Under the pieces are notes generated by a model. The model was not told the DNA's origin. It worked only from the letters and a program-made list of their open reading frames with translations, and made no database searches. Shown piece by piece: positions 1 to 12,670 of a DNA stretch of 64,000 bases. The stretch comes from Octopus sinensis. Lineage: Eukaryota. Positions within the stretch are counted from its first letter, which is position 1. Every line of letters starts with the position of its first letter. The DNA lies in NCBI RefSeq assembly GCF_006345805.1, contig NC_043013.1, forward strand, positions 47,058,001 to 47,122,000, in the 5' to 3' direction. The translations under genes were made by a program, and so were the position numbers.

Positions 1-570
1 TAATGGGCGAGTCAGTTGGCTGATTTCTTTTTCTGAAAACCCTAGCTTATCCAAACCGACAGTTAAACATTTACTTATAAAACCAAGTTCTCCAATTATT
101 ATTGGTATAAAAGTAAATTTGCAATCCTGATATAGGTGGAGGTTTCCAAGCAGTTGCCATAATTATCTTTTTTCTCTTTGATTTTCAAAGAGATATTCAT
201 ATCAGCAGGACAGCTGACCTCTATAACGGCACACACTTTTTCTGGTCTGTTTCAAGCAACAATATCCTGCCTGTTATACTTACACTTGACAAAGGTTTTG
301 ATGAGAATGTTCCACCAGTATTCCCTGTGCTGATATTTATGTACGTATTCAATAACAGGAGTATTCTCTAAATTTATTCCAGAACAGTTTTGTTTCCCCG
401 GATGGCATTGCATATTGTTTTTGCGGCAACGTCGAATAAGGAGATAGTACTTTGATGATAGTTTTGGACAACTGCTAATCACGTGTGATGTCTTCCACAG
501 AAATATGACATAATCTACATTCTCAGTCGCATCTTGGAACTGCATATATGAGGCTGATAACATCATTATA
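1..570 (-). mobile_element. Degenerate C-terminal fragment (Zn-knuckle remnant plus restriction-like endonuclease) of an R4/Dong-type non-LTR retrotransposon
   Basis: The minus-strand translation continues past ORF 252..566: ...SHVISSCPKLSSKYYL...EYWWNILIKTFVKCKYNRQDIVA*NRPEKVCAVIEVSCPADMNISLKIKEKKDNY...KFTFIPIIIGELGF. This fits the RLE pattern R-P-D...E...K..EK..Y, with stops and frameshifts. Confidence 0.7.
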
Positions 571-629
571 CTTGGAAGGCAGTTCCTTGAGCATCATTCC
601 TTGTCCGATAACATAGAATACATGCCCAA

Positions 630-1035
630 AGAAGTAGTAATTAGCTGCCTAGCGGATGTTAACATAAAGCTGAAGATCAGTGAAAAAGAGAACACCAATG
701 CTGAACTTTTAAGAAATCTGCAGTTACTCTATCCAGATTACAAGTTCAGGTTTATACCTGTAATTATGGGGGCCCTGGGATATGTAACACACTGCCTAAA
801 TACCAATCTATAAAAATTAGGCTGCTCAAGGCCAGAAAGGAGTAAACTAATTCGAAGACTACAAATCCAATCCATCACTGAAACTGTAAAAATCTGTAAA
901 ACTTACCAGAGTTTGTCATTTGAATATATATATGCATATCTTGACATGCAACTATACGCATGAGAATACATACGTAAAACAAAACATACAAATCTGAACA
1001 TCTACATACATACATACATACATACATACATACAT

Positions 1036-1068
<33 letters not shown>

Positions 1069-1175
1069 ATACTCTGTTGTTGGTGTTGAAATTCCAATGA
1101 AAGAACATTGTATCTAGGTTAGAAACCGGCTCTTTTTCTATTGGCAAGAAATCGTGAAAAAAAGCTGAACAATGA
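630..1175 (+). mobile_element. 3' end of a second, diverged R4/Dong-type RLE LINE copy with 3' UTR and (CATA)n tail
   Basis: Translates as ISCLADVNIKLKISEKENTNAELLRNLQLLYPDYKFRFIPVIMGALGYVTHCLNTNL*KLG...LQIQSITETVKICK, homologous to the minus-strand copy at 1-250. It is followed by a UTR and CATA repeats. Confidence 0.72.
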
Positions 1176-1272
1176 TACATACATACGTACATACGTACAT
1201 ACATATGAATGTACGTATGCATGCATGTACGTATATACATACACGTGCGTATGTGAGTGTATACATACGTAT

Positions 1273-1311
<39 letters not shown>

Positions 1312-1315
<4 letters not shown>

Positions 1316-1519
1316 CAAAAGGGACATTAGCCATTTGAATGTGGCTAGGGACAGGGCAGGGCGGTGGGGGGGGGTGTTACTGTTGCATTTAGCCCCAGGC
1401 GAACATCAACGTCACCAGAAAGGCTTGATGTTCGCCTGGGGCTAAATGCAACAGTAACACCCCCCACCGCCCTGCCCTGTCCCTAGCCACATTCAAATGG
1501 CTAATGTCCCTTTTGTTAT
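1312..1519. repeat. Near-perfect ~98-bp-arm inverted repeat (fold-back) with a 15-nt loop
   Basis: 1312-1409 is the reverse complement of 1425-1519 except for the G9/C6 homopolymer length. The loop is cgtcaccagaaaggc. Confidence 0.95.
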
Positions 1520-2351
1520 GGAGCAGTTACTGTCTATATCTCGTTTAGAGAATTATTATTGCTATATATATATATATATATGTAATGTTGGCAAATGAAA
1601 TAAGTATAAGAATGTGCATTGTCCGTTTAATTGAAAAATTCTATATGTTGCTGAAGATTGTTCGACATTTTAAAACTGATGTAATACTTACAGGGTTTAA
1701 TAAAATGAATCAGCATGAAACAATTGTACTACTCTACCTTGGATATCCTTGTTGATTATTTTGATTATATATATGTGTGTGTGTGTGTGTGTGAAGGTGC
1801 GTGTAAGTAGAAAATATATTATTATTTTCTCTCCGTTTAAATGTGCTATAATATTGTTTTCCTTCGTTTATTATATACTATGTCCACATTCATACGCACA
1901 CATACATACATATATGCATACATGCAGAGATACATACCTACATGCATGCAGGGATACATACATACATACATACATACATACATACATACATACTACATAC
2001 ATACATACATACTCACACATAATTGAATTTGTCGACGTGTAGGCGGGTATGACCAACGCTGATAAAATATCCCATCCTAGATGTTAATGGCAACGGCTCT
2101 CAACAATGACCAAACTGAAAATTTAAGTCAATTTAATGCCGTTGAGACACTCACTTCTAAAATGAAATAGTCCAGAAACAAGCAAGTGTAATATCTCTCA
2201 TTTCACAATAAGGCGGGTCTTATTTCGGAATTTCCTTCTTCTGAAAAGATGTTTAAACAAAGACTACGTCTCTTACTTCTAGCAGCTAGTATCACCATTG
2301 AATTTACTGAGTTCTTACGTCCGTTCACACACAAACACACAAACACACACA

Positions 2352-2435
<84 letters not shown>

Positions 2436-2631
2436 CACAAATAATACATACATACATACGTACATTGATGTATACATACATGCACAAACGCACGACTTTG
2501 CCAGCTGGTGACAGAATCTCTACATCGATTCGCGACATACTAGAAATAGTAACAGGGAATCCTCTTTCAAAACTCGCATCGTATTGTCTTTAAAGAAGAG
2601 GAACGATATTGAGTAATGAAGTTAAAGTAAG

Positions 2632-2679
<48 letters not shown>

Positions 2680-2789
2680 GAGATGGTCATGATTAAAATG
2701 AATTTGGTATAAAAAGATTCTTGACCCACAGATAACCTAGACATACATTTAGAACAATAATATATTGTATTCGCCAACCGCATCCTTAC

Positions 2790-2901
2790 ACCAATCACCA
2801 CATCCAGTTCTTTCTCCCAGTCATCCGTCTGGAATTCTAACCATGTTGACATAACCTGTGTCATAGCGTCTGTAATTGCCATGGCCTGGGATTGCCCTTC
2901 C
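2790..2901 (-). CDS. Candidate internal coding exon, product unknown (EGQSQAMAITDAMTQVMSTWLEFQTDDWEKELDVVIG)
   Basis: Acceptor ttgtttgttctcag|, donor |gtaagg, only one open frame, non-repetitive and more GC-rich than the flanks. No protein family recognised. Confidence 0.3.
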
Positions 2902-3024
2902 CTGAGAACAAACAACGACACGGTGATTTCTCTACATGTGACTATAATTTCCTCCCTACTATAATCATTTATGTCTATTAGGATTTTGCATTCCTACACC
3001 GGATATACGGACAATATATATATA

Positions 3025-3067
<43 letters not shown>

Positions 3068-3084
3068 ATATATATATATCATAA

Positions 3085-3510
3085 CAATTTAATAAATGAA
3101 ACATATGCATACATACATATATGTACATACCTACATATATATGTATATTTACATGCATATATGAGTACAGGACACCACAAATAAACGTAGAACACAACGA
3201 GAAACGAAAACATAAAACCAACCAAGGAAACAGACTTTATTTAACAATGAAAAAAACAGAGTACAAGACAAACAATACAAGGAACATTCCCCTTCTTCAG
3301 CTGCCCCTGTTTCGACTCAATGCGTGTTTCGAAGGTAAGGGCAGAACACGGCCACGCCGAAGCAGTCCATCCCGCAAAATGAATTAAATAAAAATTTTTT
3401 GCGGAGGGGTAAAAAAGTGACAAGAACAGGACGTAAAAGTAATACAAATGAAGAAAAAACAGTACCAATAAAGATAAAAACTGTAAAAGACAGGACATAT
3501 ATATGTCTAT
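3085..3510 (-). mobile_element. Interspersed repeat (probable Penelope-associated terminal segment); second copy at ~41345-41520
   Basis: Shares catatgcatacatacatatatgtacatacctacatatatatg...tacaggaca...aacacaacgagaaacgaaaa with 41345-41470. The family assignment is inference. Confidence 0.45.
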
Positions 3511-3908
3511 ATATGTATATATATATATATATATTCTCGGTTTCATACGTTATAGTGTAACTAATTTCTCTACAGGCATTTTTACATCAGCATTAAAAGA
3601 TGTTCTTATTGTCCCCGAGTATATCTCTATACGAGGATAATACTGAATTCCTGGAGAATTTATGAAATTCTTTATTTCTCTTTTCTTTAGATATTTCCTA
3701 CAATACTTTATATTTTTATATTTGTATTATTTCTTTTAAATTCTGTCTATCATTATATATTATCTCACATCCAAGTATCTACTAATTCTATTGCATCACC
3801 ATCGTTTCCTTTCATTCTTTCATATACCATTCTACTCCTACCAGCTAATGCCATCTCTGTTTAAATTTCTTTTCAATTCTCATGATAGCGGTTTCCCCCA
3901 CCATTACT

Positions 3909-4336
<428 letters not shown>

Positions 4337-5188
4337 CGCATACTCAATTCAAAATGAACGACTTGTTTTTTTAAATCTCGAAACCCCCACACCCACACAG
4401 TCCGCCTGCTTTTTCCTGTGTCTCCTCTTCGCGACATACATTCGTCGCGTTCAGTCACGACGTTCTTTCTGAACCTTGCTGTCTCCAGAAACTGGTTTTC
4501 TGCTGCCATTCAAATTGCAAAATTGCTAACCTTTCAAACGTGGCACTGGTCTCTATTGTTATTCCAGCATTCACGCAAGCCCCTTCTCATTACTTAGAGT
4601 CAACTATGAGGACAGCAGTTATAGCGTTAAAAGTTGTTGCTTGATCAAGTACAAAACGTGACATCGTTTGACAAGTCTTTTCGTCTTTCGGTTTTTACAA
4701 TAAAAAATAATTTGAGAAATATTTAATTATTTCTGTTTTTTACTTTCATTCTTCTCCAATTTCTTATGCAGTTGATGTAACAATATAGTTAAATCTCTAA
4801 TAGAATGCTTAGAAATTCAGATTTCACTACAGAGTTTCTTTTACTTTTCTATTCTTTCTTTTCTCTTTATATATTTATTCGTTCACTTTCTTTTTTCTTT
4901 ATTTCCTTTTCTTCTTTCTTTCATTGTATCATTCTTTAGTCTCACTCTGTCTGTTTCCTTTTTCTCTTTCCCTTTTCTTTCCTCTCTACTTTTTCACCCT
5001 CTTTCTTTCTCCCCCCTTTTATATATCACTGTCTTTCTCTTTCTGCCTCATCCATAGTCTCTCTATCTATCGATTTCACTGTCTCGTTTCCTTTCTCATT
5101 TTGTCTCTTTTTTACACACACACAAACACACACACACACACACAGTGAGAAAGAGAGAGAGAGAGGGAGGGAGAGAGAGAGAGGGAGG

Positions 5189-5240
<52 letters not shown>

Positions 5241-5915
5241 AAATACACACATTCTCTCACATATTTGAGATTTAGAATCAGGAAGACGGCAAGAATTAGC
5301 CATAATGCTGAGATCATAAAAATGGAATGAACATTGGTGTCGAAAGTTTATATTTTAAGTGAGATTTCCTTTGAATGAGAAAATGGTTGATGGAAGTGAA
5401 AATATGTAGAAGTTTGTAAAATACCATTAACTCGTGTAACAGAATACTTTCTACCTTGGTTTAAAGCATTTACGCTTATTCATTTCAAATTTTGACACAA
5501 GGCCAGCAGCCTTAACGCATGTACCTATATTATTGGTGGAAAATGTAGTGGCTAAATAATAGAACTGATTGGCGGAATCGCGTTGGACAAATGCCTCATA
5601 ATGTACTGAGTTCAAGTCCCATCAAGGATAACTTTGCTTTACACATTCCGAAGTCGATAAAATAAAGCATTTGTTCAAGTTGTGAATGTGGATTTCTCGC
5701 ACTTCTTTCTTTCTCAGAATCGGTTGAACCGTGGAGATGCAATGACAGTGCAACTTACTTCTAAGGTAACTTCCACTACATCGTAGTCGAAGAATGCGTC
5801 GCCGATATTCTGGCACAATATGGCATATGAAGAAAGGAAAAACAAAATATAAAGCATATATTTATTTGTAACAATATAGATGTCTCTATCTCTTTATCTC
5901 TCCACCTCTCTCTCT

Positions 5916-5924
5916 ATCTATCTG

Positions 5925-5991
<67 letters not shown>

Positions 5992-6068
5992 GTCTGTCTG
6001 TCTATCTATTTATCTATCTATCTATCTGTCTGTCTGTCTATCTATTTATCTATCTATCTATCTGTCTG

Positions 6069-6138
<70 letters not shown>

Positions 6139-6190
6139 CATCCATCCATCTATCTATCTATCTGTCTATCTGTTTGTCTATCTGTCTGTC
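5916..6190. repeat. (CTAT)n/(CTGT)n compound microsatellite
   Basis: Directly visible. Confidence 0.97.
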
Positions 6191-8799
6191 TAACAAACTG
6201 TCTGTCTATCCCTCTCCTTCCCTGTATATCCTCTCCGGCCCCCTCTCTCTTCTCTGTTCCCCTCCCCCTCTCTCCCCCTCTCTTTCCAGCTTATTTTCCC
6301 GATGGATATGATGTTCTTCTATGCTATCATCACTCTGCGATGATCTGATCGCTTAGAAACGCTTTCTTAACCTTGGTGCCAGGTTTGAACCCAGCGCCTC
6401 TACTCCCTTCCGCCTCACGCTTCACTGCTTTGTGCTCTGTCGGTCACTTTTCCCCGATTGTTGCTGGTGTGTCTGTGGTTACGAGGATAGCCACCAACAT
6501 CATCAAACTCTTTATTAATGTAAATAGCTAACATCTTTTTCGTTAACTCCTTCCATTCATTCTACCTGATGCATATCCATCACCTTTGTTAATATCCTAC
6601 ACACCTTCGTTTCTTCTCATCTTCAAACGTCTTCGATGTCCGTCGTTCGTACTAACTCCCACTTTTACATCGAGTCCACATCATCGCTCGTCGCTTAAAC
6701 TAAATTTACCATTTCTTTCTTGCAGTTCCTGTTTTCGTCTCCTTTTTAGCTGAGACCCCAATATTTGTCACTCAGCTGAACTGCATGATTCAATGATTAA
6801 CAACTTTATAAAATATCGCTCCCCACCCCACCAACACACTACCGATTCTTCTTTCTGTCCACGCCCACAATTTTGCCTTTCTGCCTCATATCCACCCCAC
6901 CATTAACTGCATTGTCTTTCTCCTGTTAGATACAAACACATATTTTTGAATCAATGTGTCAAACGGTGGGTTAGAAAAAGCAGCCAAATTTTCTCCAAAT
7001 CCAAACCAAGCATCTTGTCACGTTGTATCCACAGAGCTTTCGTCTCCTCCAGTCTGACACTCCCACTTCCAAGTACCTTCATAGAACACTATTTATCTCC
7101 CTTTCTTTCTTTATGACCAGAATTTGTAATGACTACTTATCCTCCACGGTTACTTTATTTAACATTACACCTAACCTGAATTCATTGTTTTTTCCTTCTT
7201 CCACTGCAATTCATGTTCCTTCGTCCAGGACATTACTACTTTACAAGGAAGTTAGTTCTTATTGGTGTGTCATCGACCAGTTGATCTGCAACCCCCAGAA
7301 CATTAGTTACTGCACATAATTCGAAGTCGCTGGATTGTTGTATGCTGGAGAGAAACGGTCAATTATTCGGAAGATCGATTAACAGGAAGCTTTCTAGGCG
7401 TCACATGAAATGACACCGATTCTCTCGGACCTGTAGTCCGTCATTTTTCTCGAGTGTTTCAGAAATATTTCACTGTTCACATTAGATCAGGAAACATCGA
7501 TATGCAGAGGTACAAACTGATCAACAATGATAGCAGCATCACCAGCCAGAAGGAACCAACTAAACTTAGGTGTATTGATTATTTTATAAATTTTGAGAGA
7601 TAAGCCATCACGTTACTCATTTCTGCTCGATTCATTCAAATATTGAAACCTAAATATAAATGTTGTTATGCTAAAGATTCTTCTACATATTCTCATACTA
7701 CCTCATCATAGCAATCGGAGCAACTGGTGATGAGCCGTTGTTCTACCTAGAAGGGGATTCTATTCATCACGGGCTAAGGCAATATTTACATTATTTGCAA
7801 TTTACTAAATTTCACACAGTGATTAATATACAACAGAATACTGCCATGTTACATACAAACACATATTTTTGACTCTACGGTGTCAGATGGTGGGTTAGAA
7901 AAAGCAGCCAAATTTTCTCCAAATTCAAACCTAGCGTCTTTAAAGGAGGATACATTGTCTAAATGTGAAACTTGTTTTCCTATCTCCCAGGAATGATGAG
8001 CTGGTTATATCTTGGAAGTCTTTTGATCATTAATCTGCTCATTCAGTATTGAACTAGGTTAGACGACGAAGAACGCACCCACTAAAACACGGATATGTTT
8101 TAACGTATATATCTGTGTGTTCGTGCGCGCATGTGTGAATAAACTTGATATGAAACCACAACACTGATATCTTTTAAACTTGTGTTCTTCAAAGAAGCAG
8201 TAGTTATTTTTATATTTTATACAGAGAATATTGTTTCAGACTGTTGGGAGGCCACCAACTCGATTTCACTGGTGAGCTATTTATAGTATGGTGAAATGCA
8301 AGTTTTGCAGGTCAAACTACACGAAGTATTGTGATAACCTAGACATGAAGTCAATATAACCGTTTGATGTAATCGTTACAAGTCCACTAGTAATGAAACT
8401 GTCTAGGAATCAAAAATCATAACATGCTAATCATATCGTGTTGGAATTTTGATTTGAAATAGTAAAAAAAAAATGTATTATATTATATGAAAGAATTTGT
8501 GTGTTCCGGTATCAAAGAATTAAGATGCGAGGAAGAAAGTTTTTCTAAAATTTGAATGAACAAAGCTAGCAAAAAGTTGAGGCTTCTTATAAAAAAGAAT
8601 CTCCTTGCAATACCGTCATAGGAAGTGTCATACAGAGAGATGCTGTAAGTTAGGGACTGAACTTATTGCAATTTTGGAAATTTCTGCTCCTCATCCACGT
8701 ACACAGCCATTCTTCATAAATCACAAAACTGACAGATTCCTCCTATGTATGTATGTATGTATGTATGTATATATGTATGCATGTATGTATGTATGTATG

Positions 8800-8829
<30 letters not shown>

Positions 8830-8830
<1 letters not shown>

Positions 8831-9020
8831 GGAGAGTTTACGAAAAAAATAAACAAAAGACGAAGATGGGTGTTCAAAACAAACAGATGTATTAGTATAA
8901 CGCTCAGGAATAGAAAAAATCTTACGTTTCGAGCCTACGCTCTTCTACAGAAAGGGACACAGAAAAAACAAGGAGAGAAACAAGGCGAGAAAAAAATGTG
9001 TGTAGTGGCTAACGATCTAT
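8830..9020 (-). mobile_element. Interspersed repeat carrying a minimal hammerhead-like motif (Penelope pLTR-like end)
   Basis: Near-identical copy at 41005-41168. The minus strand reads cttt-CTGTAGA-A-GAGC-gtag-GCTC-GAAACGTA. Confidence 0.6.
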
Positions 9021-9385
9021 CATGGCGACTGACTCGGACAGAAAGGTCACACACGAGAGGGAAAGTAGGGGCGATAACAAAGTAAAGATGACCCCCCCAA
9101 CACGAAAGTGCGTGTGTGTATAAGAGAGTATGTGTGTGCATGTGAAAGAGGGCTGGTGGTCTGGACGTTTGCGTGTATGTATGTGTAGGTGTGGTATGTA
9201 TGTATGTATGTATGTATGTATGTATGTATGTATGTATGTATGTATGTATGTATGTATGTGTGTGTATGTATGTATGTTTCTATAAATGTATGTACATATT
9301 TATGTATATTCGTAAGAATGTATACAGGCATGTATACCTGTATGTGTATATTGCTAACTAGAGCGATCTACTGCTATCTCTAGCG

Positions 9386-9450
9386 GACGGGTATCCACCA
9401 CCGAAGATAAGCACAAATAGCTCGAAACCGGACGGTCTGGTGGTCCCGTC
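9386..9450 (+). ncRNA. Type I hammerhead ribozyme fold (copy with U4>C and G10.1>A substitutions)
   Basis: GACGGG-tat-CCACCA / CCGAAGA-T / AAGC-acaaata-GCTC / GAAA / CCG-ga-CGG / TC| / TGGTGG-t-CCCGTC. All three helices and a GUC cleavage triplet occur in canonical order. Confidence 0.75.
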
Positions 9451-9631
9451 TTCGACGTCGTTAGAAGATGGCTGGCAGAGTTTCACACTTCCACTTGCAA
9501 TATATATCGGGTGCTGGTTGCATTGACAACCAGTTGGTTGGAGCGTCCTCCTAGGGTTAAAAACGGTAGTAACTTCGGTTTCTACAGAACAACCATGTTG
9601 AAGCGGCGATAATCAATACTTCTCTATCTCT

Positions 9632-9696
<65 letters not shown>

Positions 9697-9754
9697 ATAT
9701 GTGTGTGTGTATGTATGTATGTATGTATGTATGTATGTATGTATATGTATGTGT

Positions 9755-10136
9755 GGAGGCGCAATGGCCCAGTAGTTAGGGCAGCGGACCCGCGGTCGTA
9801 GGATCGCGGTTTCGATTCCCAGACCGGGCGTCGTGAGTGTTTATTGAGCGAAAACACATAAAGCTCCACGAGGCTCCGGCAGGGGGTGGTGGTGAAGCCT
9901 ACTGTACCCTTTCATCACAACTTTCTCTCACTCTTCCATCCTGTTTCTGTTGTACCTGTATTTCAAAGACCCAGCCTTGTCACACTCTGTGTCACGCTGA
10001 AACTCCTCGAGAACTACGTTATGGGTACACGTGTCTGTGGAGTGCTCAGCCACTTGCACATTAATTTCACGAGCAGGCTGTTTCGTTGATCGGCTCAACT
10101 GGAACTCTCGTCGTCGTAACTGACGAAGTGCCTCCA
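9755..10136 (+). mobile_element. tRNA-headed SINE, family A, full length
   Basis: A-box/B-box-like head (tggcccagtagttagg...ggtttcgattccc). Same body and tail as 49544-49930 and 37983-38265. Confidence 0.85.
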
Positions 10137-10139
10137 CTA

Positions 10140-10184
<45 letters not shown>

Positions 10185-10769
10185 AAAGAAAACAAAAAAT
10201 GGAACAAGTACGTAACAGGCGACAACACAACATCCGGACAGTTAGACGATACAATAAAGGACAGGAAAAAAACAAGGACGGGTCATTCGGAGTTTTCTAT
10301 CTTCAGTTTTGGCTGGTTATAGTCGAAATTTCTCCAATCTGTCGGGCACCAAGAAAATCTAATCTAAGAGCACGAAAATCTTTGGAAGAAAGCAAGCGAA
10401 TGCCTAAGAAAACAAGGACGACAAAAACACGGAGAAATGGTACACAAATACAAATACAAACACTATGACATTAACAACAGCTGTCTTTCGACTAAGGACG
10501 AAGTAAATTAACCTGGTGTGTGCGGAAGAGAAGCCTTGCGGCAGGGATATAAGACATGAAAGTCAGTGGAAGGAATATATATGTTGCACGGATGGTAGTC
10601 GAATGAAAGTTTACGCTTGGCGGAACACCGGTCACGTGGAAAGAGAGGTGAAAGGTATGGGCAGAGGGATTGTAGGATTAGGGAGGGATGAGAAAGAAAG
10701 AAAGAAAGAAAGGAAAGGGACGAAGTGAAATAAAAGAGGAGTGAAGATGAGAATGAAGGGAAGGCTATA

Positions 10770-12444
10770 TCTCTTATTGTAAAAGGCAGATTTTATCTGC
10801 CTCCCTTTGTAACTTATAGAAATCTACAATATAGGATTTCTTCAATTACAATTTACCTAGCATTTTAAAGAGTAGTATGCATCGGGTCATGCCAGGTCCA
10901 GTTTTTAAAATTTAAACTCCAATTAAGCAAAATTTACAGAAAACTCACATTCTGGTGTGTATGTCAAATGCTTTTCTTAATGTGGTTTACACCACACGCA
11001 CACACACAGTGTGCAACAAATAAAATGAAGGTAAATAGCGACAGAGTGATTTGAGGAAGACTAAACTGAAAGTATTTAAACCACTACTCAAAAAATAAAA
11101 AAACACAGCAAACAGAAACAAATAAATACATAACGATTTACTCCTCACACAATTTCTTCAATTAGAGTTTACCTAAGATTTTTCAAAATACTCCATTCGG
11201 TCATGCCATAATATATTTCTTTCAATTTCACCCCCAATTAAGACAAAATTCGAGAAAACTCAATATTTTAACATTTCACTCCGAAAGCATTGATGTACAT
11301 GTGTGCGTGCGTGAGTGTGGTGTGTGTGTGTGTGTGGTGTGTGTGTGTGTGTGTTTGATGGGTTGTGCGACACAGAAAGTGTGGTGTGTAAGTGAAGTGC
11401 TTTTGTTAGTGTGTGTAAAGAGACAGACAGAGTGAAAGACAGAAATAACCGAACTTTTTTTATTCACTTTTTGTAGTGAGTGACTGAGAGAGAAAAGAGA
11501 GAGAGAGGTTATGTATGTATATATGTATGTATGGCTTCAGTGACACACACACACAAAAACACATACCTACGTACACCTAAAGCACGCACACACACACACA
11601 CAAGCAGAGCGCGAACTTCAAAATTTTGGTAGTATTAATTTGCGAGCGTACTTCTAAGCGCGCGTAATTGAAAGTTTTCACTATGATATCATCACGTGCG
11701 AAAAAATTCGAAGGGTTTTGAACAATTGAGATACAGATGTCACGCCTGTATTGAAACCATTGCTAAGCTGCCGTAATTGCTTAATTAATACTTTGTTTAA
11801 ATTGAAAGGGGCAAATATGTGACGAGGTTGAAAAAAAATACCCCAGAAAAAAAAATGTACTGCTGGTATTTATATAATTCACTACTATTTTGCTACAATG
11901 TCATGAAAAAGAAAAAAATTTAGGTATGTAAATCGAATTCGACACCCTCTTTTCCCCGTTCGCGTTTGTGTAAAAAAAATTATTATTTAAGTTTTAAAAA
12001 TTATTTACTTTGTTCAAAAAATATTAATATTTATTAATTTTCAAGAATTATTTAATTTTTTTCTGTAAAATAGTAATTAATACATTTATCTGTAAATCCG
12101 CGAGGTTGTTACTCAGGCACCTAGAATGGTAACCTTCAACTAACACTATCCCCTCCGATACCCTGCGGCGCAAGTTGACCAAAATTGAGAGTATGGTAGA
12201 AGAAGGGTTGCTCTTCCTTCCGTAGAACATAAAATTCAAATCGGACCATGTTAACACCAAAAATTATTTACATCAAAAAGATGTTTTTTCTATGAAAATC
12301 CCTATTTTTTACGATTTTTTCACTGCTGTGTCGCCACTTTTCGGTGTATTTCGACTAGAAAAATGTTCACAAAATTTTTACTTTTCAAAATTACAATTCC
12401 AGCGGGTCGAAACAAACCCGAGCAACGCCGGGCGATACTGCTAG
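10770..12444 (+). mobile_element. Non-autonomous Helitron-like element (~1.7 kb)
   Basis: A|TCTCTTATTGTAAAAGG 5' end; subterminal hairpin CCCG-agcaacgc-CGGG; terminal CTAG|T; no TSD; no Rep/helicase ORF. Confidence 0.7.
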
Positions 12445-12557
12445 TGTATATATAAAAAGAAAATAAAGAATGGAACAAGAAGGTAACAGGCGACAACAAA
12501 ACACCCGGACAGGAAAATACTAGGGCAGGTCATTCGGAGTGTGCGTGTATATATATG

Positions 12558-12670
<113 letters not shown>

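Noticed and set aside
1-920. Twin-priming 5' inversion of a single LINE
   Set aside because: Both halves contain the same endonuclease region and differ substantially in sequence, so they are separate copies.
3255-3390. Type II hammerhead (GAAA...GTC...CTGAAGA) on the minus strand
   Set aside because: Stem I does not close and stems II/III are mismatched in this copy. It is at most an eroded relic.
9755-9830. tRNA genes
   Set aside because: The A/B-box-like heads run into SINE bodies and do not form full cloverleaves, so they are called SINEs.
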